Positions 59,701 through 64,000 of a stretch of DNA of 64,000 bases are shown one piece after another. This stretch comes from Macrostomum lignano. Its lineage: Eukaryota. Position 1 is the stretch's first letter. Every line of letters begins with the position of its first letter. The position numbers were made by a program, and so were the translations under genes. A model generated the notes under the pieces. That model was given only the letters and a program-made list of their open reading frames with translations. It was not told the origin of the DNA and ran no database searches. The DNA is taken from assembly GCA_002269645.1 (NCBI GenBank), contig NIVC01000687.1:1-64000 (forward strand), written 5' to 3'.

Positions 59701-62700
59701 CGGAGCCCCTACCCCTTTCTGTACCTCCCCCTCTACCCTATCTCTTCTGTTCCCGCCCTATTCTTCCTGTACTTTCTCTACCTCCTCCTTTTTTTTGTCT
59801 CCCTCTGCACTCTTTTCCTGCGCTGTCCCCTCTTTCCCTGTGTCTACTTACAGTACTTTGTGTGCTCACCGTCTCCCCATCCCCTCTCAAACTCCCAAAC
59901 GGTGACGCAAGTCGTGTGACCCCTTCTCCCCCTCGGTGACTCATCGATGACTCATCCCCCTCTCTTGCGCAACCTTTTCTCACGCTATTGTTCTCCTTCC
60001 CAAATTTCTCATGTGACACCCACCCCACCTCCGCTTCTATTGTTCTCGTTTTTGCTTCTTTTGTTCTCTCGACCCCCACCAATTATCACATTTTCTCCGA
60101 TTTTCTCTTTCTTTTGTTCTCGTTTTCGCACCTAATTATCACCTTTTCTCCAATGTTTACTTTTCCATTGTTCTCAGTTTTCCCCAATTATCCCCGATTT
60201 CCAATTCCTTTGTTCTCGACCCCAGCCCTATTGTTCTCAATGTTTGCTTGCGCAACACTTTCGCGACCACCCGCTGCGCCAATTATCCCCCCACCCCACC
60301 TCCGGATTGCGCAATTTCCCGATTTCTCATGTTGCTATGCCGGTCTCATGCTTCTCATCATGACTCATTCTGACGTCATTCTGCCGGCAGCCAATCAGAG
60401 AGAGGGAGCCATGGTAACGACCTTGAGGAGGCGGCTGTGAGGTCTATAAAAGGAAGCGATTTCGGCATGAGAATACTCAACTGAGTTTATCTCTGTTCCT
60501 CTCCTCGTCCTTCTTTGGACTTGCTGTCAGATTGAGTTCTGACCCATTCGTCTATAAGACGAATCCCTGCCGGTCCGCGGTCTGTTACCGCCAAGTCATC
60601 CTTAGCTCCCCAAGTGAGCTCGCCTATCGGCCAGCGGTCTGATACCGCCCAGCATCATCAGCATCGCCTGATCTACATCAGCGCCTCGTCGCTCCAGCGC
60701 ATCGCCGCTTCACCGTCTGCCTGACTGCAGCCTACAGCCGCCCTCGGTCACTCCGCCTCTCTCTCTCTCTGTGCAGCTGCCGGTAAGTTCCTACTACTAA
60801 TTTGTGCTCTAATTGCCTTTGCTTATCCGGGGTTTGCCTATTTTCCATTGTCTGATTAGAGAGCTGAGCCAATTGTGATACCGTATCTTTTGCTGTATTT
60901 TACTCAATAGTGAAGCCGCCTAATTGCCTGCTTATTTGCCTAAGGGCCTAATTATTAACTATTAACTAACTTCATCATTATTCAATCTTTCACCATCATT
61001 TCACTCATGGCTTGCTAAGCCTTTCTCCCGGGGTGGCAAAGCATAAGGAAGTTTGGGTAAGCTAATGGCCTCTCCCCGTGCAAAGCCCGCCTGTGAGTGC
61101 GTGCTGCGGGGCCGCGTGTGCGTGCAGTAGAGGGATTAGCGAGTCTTGGCACAGAATGGCAGTAGGAAGGTTGCAACCCCATGCTAACGCGTCCCTTCGC
61201 CCTGAGCAATCTAAACTGTAGACAGTACATGTTCGCCTCATACTACTCTTAGTAATCAAAGTCGCAAGTCAGCCTCGCTCACAGCCACAAAGGATCCCCT
61301 GCTGAGAAATCCTCCAGGATTGAGCCCAGAGTTCCCGATCATGCCCCAAGCAGAGTCCCTGTACTCGGCTGCATGCGTCTCCCCTGTTAGCCTAAATCCC
61401 CTGGTAACCAATCCAGGCGGGGCTCTAGCCTCGAGAGGTCTGGTAGAAAGATCCAGGTGCGCCAGGTCACATAGAGTGGTGGCAGCCACTCGGTCATACC
61501 ATGACCGAGTGACCAACTATTGCACCTTGGCTACAGGTGGGGTCCATGTGGGTCCTTGGCCCTCTGGTCACGAAGCGCTACCAAAGCTACTAATCATGTG
61601 GGCGGGACAGTCTGGTGCTGGAGGTCCGTCAGGTCATTGCCCGGTCATAGGCAGCCTACGGTCATTGCCCCCTCTAGCCATGCGTTCGTCTCTCTACGGA
61701 GCGGACAGGCGACAAGGGCGGTTACATCATTTTCTTATTATTTCTGTCGGATGAAGAGTGCGTTAAATAAAATGCCTGGAGCAATCATTAGTGGGATGAA
61801 GCTATTGAAGAGACTGACTGTTCGTTGTCAACCATCAACCATTTCAACGTACGGTTGCGCAAGCTTTCGACCCATAGGAAATAGCAGGTCTCATCAGACA
61901 AACACGAATATGTCAGACGAAGGATTCAGTGAGCATAGCAGTGGCTTTTACTAGAGGCAGGGGGCTGTGCGCAGCTTGGCGCACTTCAAGCGAAATTGTC
62001 GCACAACCGACGAGGGGCATTACTGCTCATTCTGCCGACTCCCCTGAGTAGGCACACAAACGCGCAGATAAGTGCGCAGTCATACGCACAGGCACGCACT
62101 CAGATAGGAGTGCACAACGGCCCTAACTTGGTAATCAAGGGCGTTAATTGCCCGAGCAGAGCCAATTTTGCTCCAAATTAATTTGACTGCATTCGGAATC
62201 GAGCCTGGGCTCCTGGCACATCAGAGCGTCGCGCTAGACCACTCTATGGCCGCTCCACAGACCTCCATTTGGGCCATAGACAATAAGCAGCAAGTCTGCA
62301 ATGGCTTGGTTCCCTCACTAAGTGTTAAATTGCCGGTTTTCCGAGGCTCAATTCGAAAGTAGAATGCTTTAATATTTGATAATATACAATAATTGATTAC
62401 ACCTGCCCTAAAAGCAGATGTGCAACCGAGAGCTCAGCGCATCTGAAGGCTGCGTACGGCTGTTCAGTCCAAGGACTGGAGGGGGGGGGGTCACCACACA
62501 CCCCCAATTACCCCAGCGAATGCTGCCACCCATTTTACTGCTGGGTAAACTGAAGCAATGCAGAGATTTAAGTGGTCTTTGCTTGCTCAAAGACACGAAT
62601 TGTTCCAGTGGGATCGAGAATAGAACCTCGGATCTTTCAAGTCGTAAGTCCGACGCTTTAACCACTAGGCTGCGAGCTTCCAATAAGCAACTCTGTCAAA

Positions 62701-63125
62701 GCCTCTATATATCTTGTGAAAGCTCTATTAAGTAAAATTTATTTCAATGTCTCATGCATACGACTCACCTGGTCAGTCTGGGCTCCGGACAGCGGCTCGC
62801 GCAGTCGCACCTGAACCTCAAGCCGGCCGCCAACCGCCTTTCTGCCATCCATGAGATCAATACCCCGGTGCAAGGTGCACTGGGTCTCCAGGTCCTCCAG
62901 CTTCATTGTGGCCGACCCCAGCAGGCCGTCCTTCTTCAGAAAGCCACGCCGGTACATGACATCGAATTTCAGTCCGCGAATTTTGAACACCCGAGCGGTG
63001 CTGCGCGCTTTGCGGTTCACCTCGAAGCGGGTGGCGAAATCGTAGCTGGGATTGGCGCTGGCCTTCACCCAGCCCGTGCTCTGCGTCAGCGGCGACTCCG
63101 TGCTGATTGGCAGCTCGATTTTCAC
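53738..63125 (-). CDS. CC2D1: Coiled-coil and C2 domain protein (CC2D1/Lgd family), last two visible exons: 62769-63125 and 53738-54163
   Basis: C2 domain ending GRKAVGGRLEVQVRLREPL, phase-0 splice to VREQWLLIE..., SAYVLQYE, and a C-terminal helical region ending at TGA 53738. Confidence 0.8.
54227..54535 (+). mobile_element. tRNA-derived SINE
   Basis: A-box TAGCCTAGTGGTTAGAGCG, B-box GGTTCGATTCCC, central GAGCAAGACACTTAA...AAAATGGGT domain; second copy inverted at 62385-62682. Confidence 0.85.
55096..55133. mobile_element. 38-bp hairpin micro-element with hAT hallmarks
   Basis: 18-bp perfect TIR CAGGGACTACTCAATTCT, 2-nt spacer, 8-bp direct repeat GAATAAAC on both sides. Confidence 0.8.
55500..56900. 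repeat. Two AG-rich polypurine tracts (55500-56020, 56290-56845), each followed by the same tail
   Basis: Tail TCTCA.TCTGGAC...GGCAGTCAATTTTTGCAAACAGG at ~56021 and ~56844. Confidence 0.85.
57343..57680 (+). pseudogene. Possible highly deleted piggyBac relic
   Basis: LSIDE motif followed closely by SFCKDLIKQLL and CRLC, as if the core were deleted; weak. Confidence 0.3.
57858..59170 (+). CDS. Secreted PAN/apple + fibrinogen-related domain (FReD) protein, nested antisense in the CC2D1 intron
   Basis: Signal peptide exon 57858-57924; exon 58026-58170 (SLTECALKC..CSAVAF, needs a 1-nt repair); 58538-58666 (IIQHR..F.RGW.EY.DGFG..FWIG); 58740-59170 (FSTIDRDN, GWWFKSC..SNPNG). Confidence 0.85.
59512..61729 (+). 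mobile_element. 2.2-kb solo LTR-like element
   Basis: 10-bp terminal inverted repeat TGATGTAACC / GGTTACATCA, TTTT on both sides, inserted into the dispersed repeat; CCAAT 60391, TATAAAA 60445, GTAAGT donor ~60783; no coding domains. Confidence 0.7.
59900..60455 (+). promoter_or_regulatory. Candidate LTR promoter/enhancer
   Basis: TGACTCA x3 (59937, 59948, 60361), TGACGTCA (60371), seven (A/T)TTGTTCT motifs, CCAAT, TATA. Confidence 0.55.
62192..62255 (-). mobile_element. tRNA-like SINE head fragment
   Basis: TAGAGTGGTCTAGCGCG A-box and GGCTCGATTCC B-box on the minus strand; no full cloverleaf. Confidence 0.5.
62385..62682 (-). mobile_element. tRNA-derived SINE (same family as 54227)
   Basis: Shares GCCTAGTGGTTA.AGCGTC.GACT and CCAGTCCTTGGACTGAACAGCCGTACGCAGCCTTCAG. 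Confidence 0.85.
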
Positions 63126-63180
63126 CTGCGGGGGTTGGTGGAATCTGAATTGAATAGGGGATCAGGTTTGAGCTCTTAAA

Positions 63181-64000
63181 CCAGCAGGTGAGATGGGGAT
63201 GGCAAACCTACAGGTGAGATGGGGATGGCAAACCAGCAGGTGAGATGGGGATGGCAAACCAGCAGGTGAGATGGGGATGGCAAACCAGCAGGTGAGATGG
63301 GGATGGCAAACCGGCAGGTGAGATGGGGATGGCAATCCAGCAGGTAAGATGGGGATGGCAAACCGGCAGGTGAGATGGGGATGGCAAACTGGCAGGTGAG
63401 ATGGGGATGGCAAACTGGCAGGTGAGATGGGGATGGCAAACCGGCAGGTGAGATGGGGATGGCAAACCAGCAGGTGAGATGGGGATGGCAAACCGGCAGG
63501 TGAGATGGGGATGGCAAACCGGCAGGTGAGATGGGGATGGCAAAACAGCAGGTGAGATGGGGATGGCAAACCGGCAGGTGAGATGGGGATGGCAAACCAG
63601 CAGGTGAGATGGGGATGGCAAACCTACAGGTGAGATGGGGATGGCAAACCAGCAGGTGAGATGGGGATGGCAAACCGGCAGGTGAGATGGGGATGGCAAA
63701 CCAGCAGGTGAGATGGGGATGGCAAACCGGCAGGTGAGATGGGGATGGCAAACCGGCAGGTGAGATGGGGATGGCAAACTGGCAGGTGAGATGGGGATGG
63801 CAAACTGGCAGGTGAGATAGGGATGGCAAACCAGCAGGTGAGATGGGGATGGCAAACCGGCAGGTGAGATGGGGATGGCAAACTGGCAGGTGAGATGGGG
63901 ATGGCAAACCAGCAGGTGAGATGGGGATGGCAAACCGGCAGGTGAGATGGGGATGGCAAACCGGCAGGTGAGATGGGGATGGCAAACTGGCAGGTGAGAT
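63181..64000. repeat. 26-bp minisatellite CAGGTGAGATGGGGATGGCAAACC(A/G)G (~31 copies, runs off the window)
   Basis: Seen directly; intronic in CC2D1. Confidence 0.98.

Noticed and set aside
63162-63985. PSPSHL-repeat ORFs
   Set aside because: Translations of the 26-bp minisatellite

Overview
Eukaryotic (invertebrate animal) DNA with GT-AG introns and a very high density of mobile elements; the style recalls a flatworm such as Macrostomum, but that is unverified. Left to right: (1) a non-autonomous Crypton-type end module; (2) a piggyBac transposase relic interrupted by a Copia element, which is itself cut by (3) a full-gene-set 14.6-kb Maverick/Polinton (5593-20173) carrying INT, pPolB, protease, ATPase, major and minor capsid, PLA2, core-like proteins and an ORF inside both TIRs; (4) a minus-strand perlecan-like Ig/laminin gene (46627 to ~22440) with a triplicated in-frame 4-exon Ig cassette, whose introns hold a TTAA-inserted piggyBac, a truncated RAG1/Transib-like transposase, a solo-LTR-like repeat and two tandem Crypton tyrosine recombinase genes with att-like direct repeats; (5) a hAT MITE, minisatellites and a 38-bp micro-hAT element; (6) the last two visible exons of a CC2D1/Lgd gene, whose 8.6-kb last intron is bracketed by inverted SINEs and hosts an antisense PAN-fibrinogen gene and a 2.2-kb solo LTR. 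Best novelty candidates: the paired tyrosine recombinases with a shared C-terminal tail and candidate crossover sites, the TIR-encoded ORF and chimeric Maverick, and the variable Ig exon cassette spliced at an (ACAG)n microsatellite. All family assignments come from motif recognition by eye; no searches were run.
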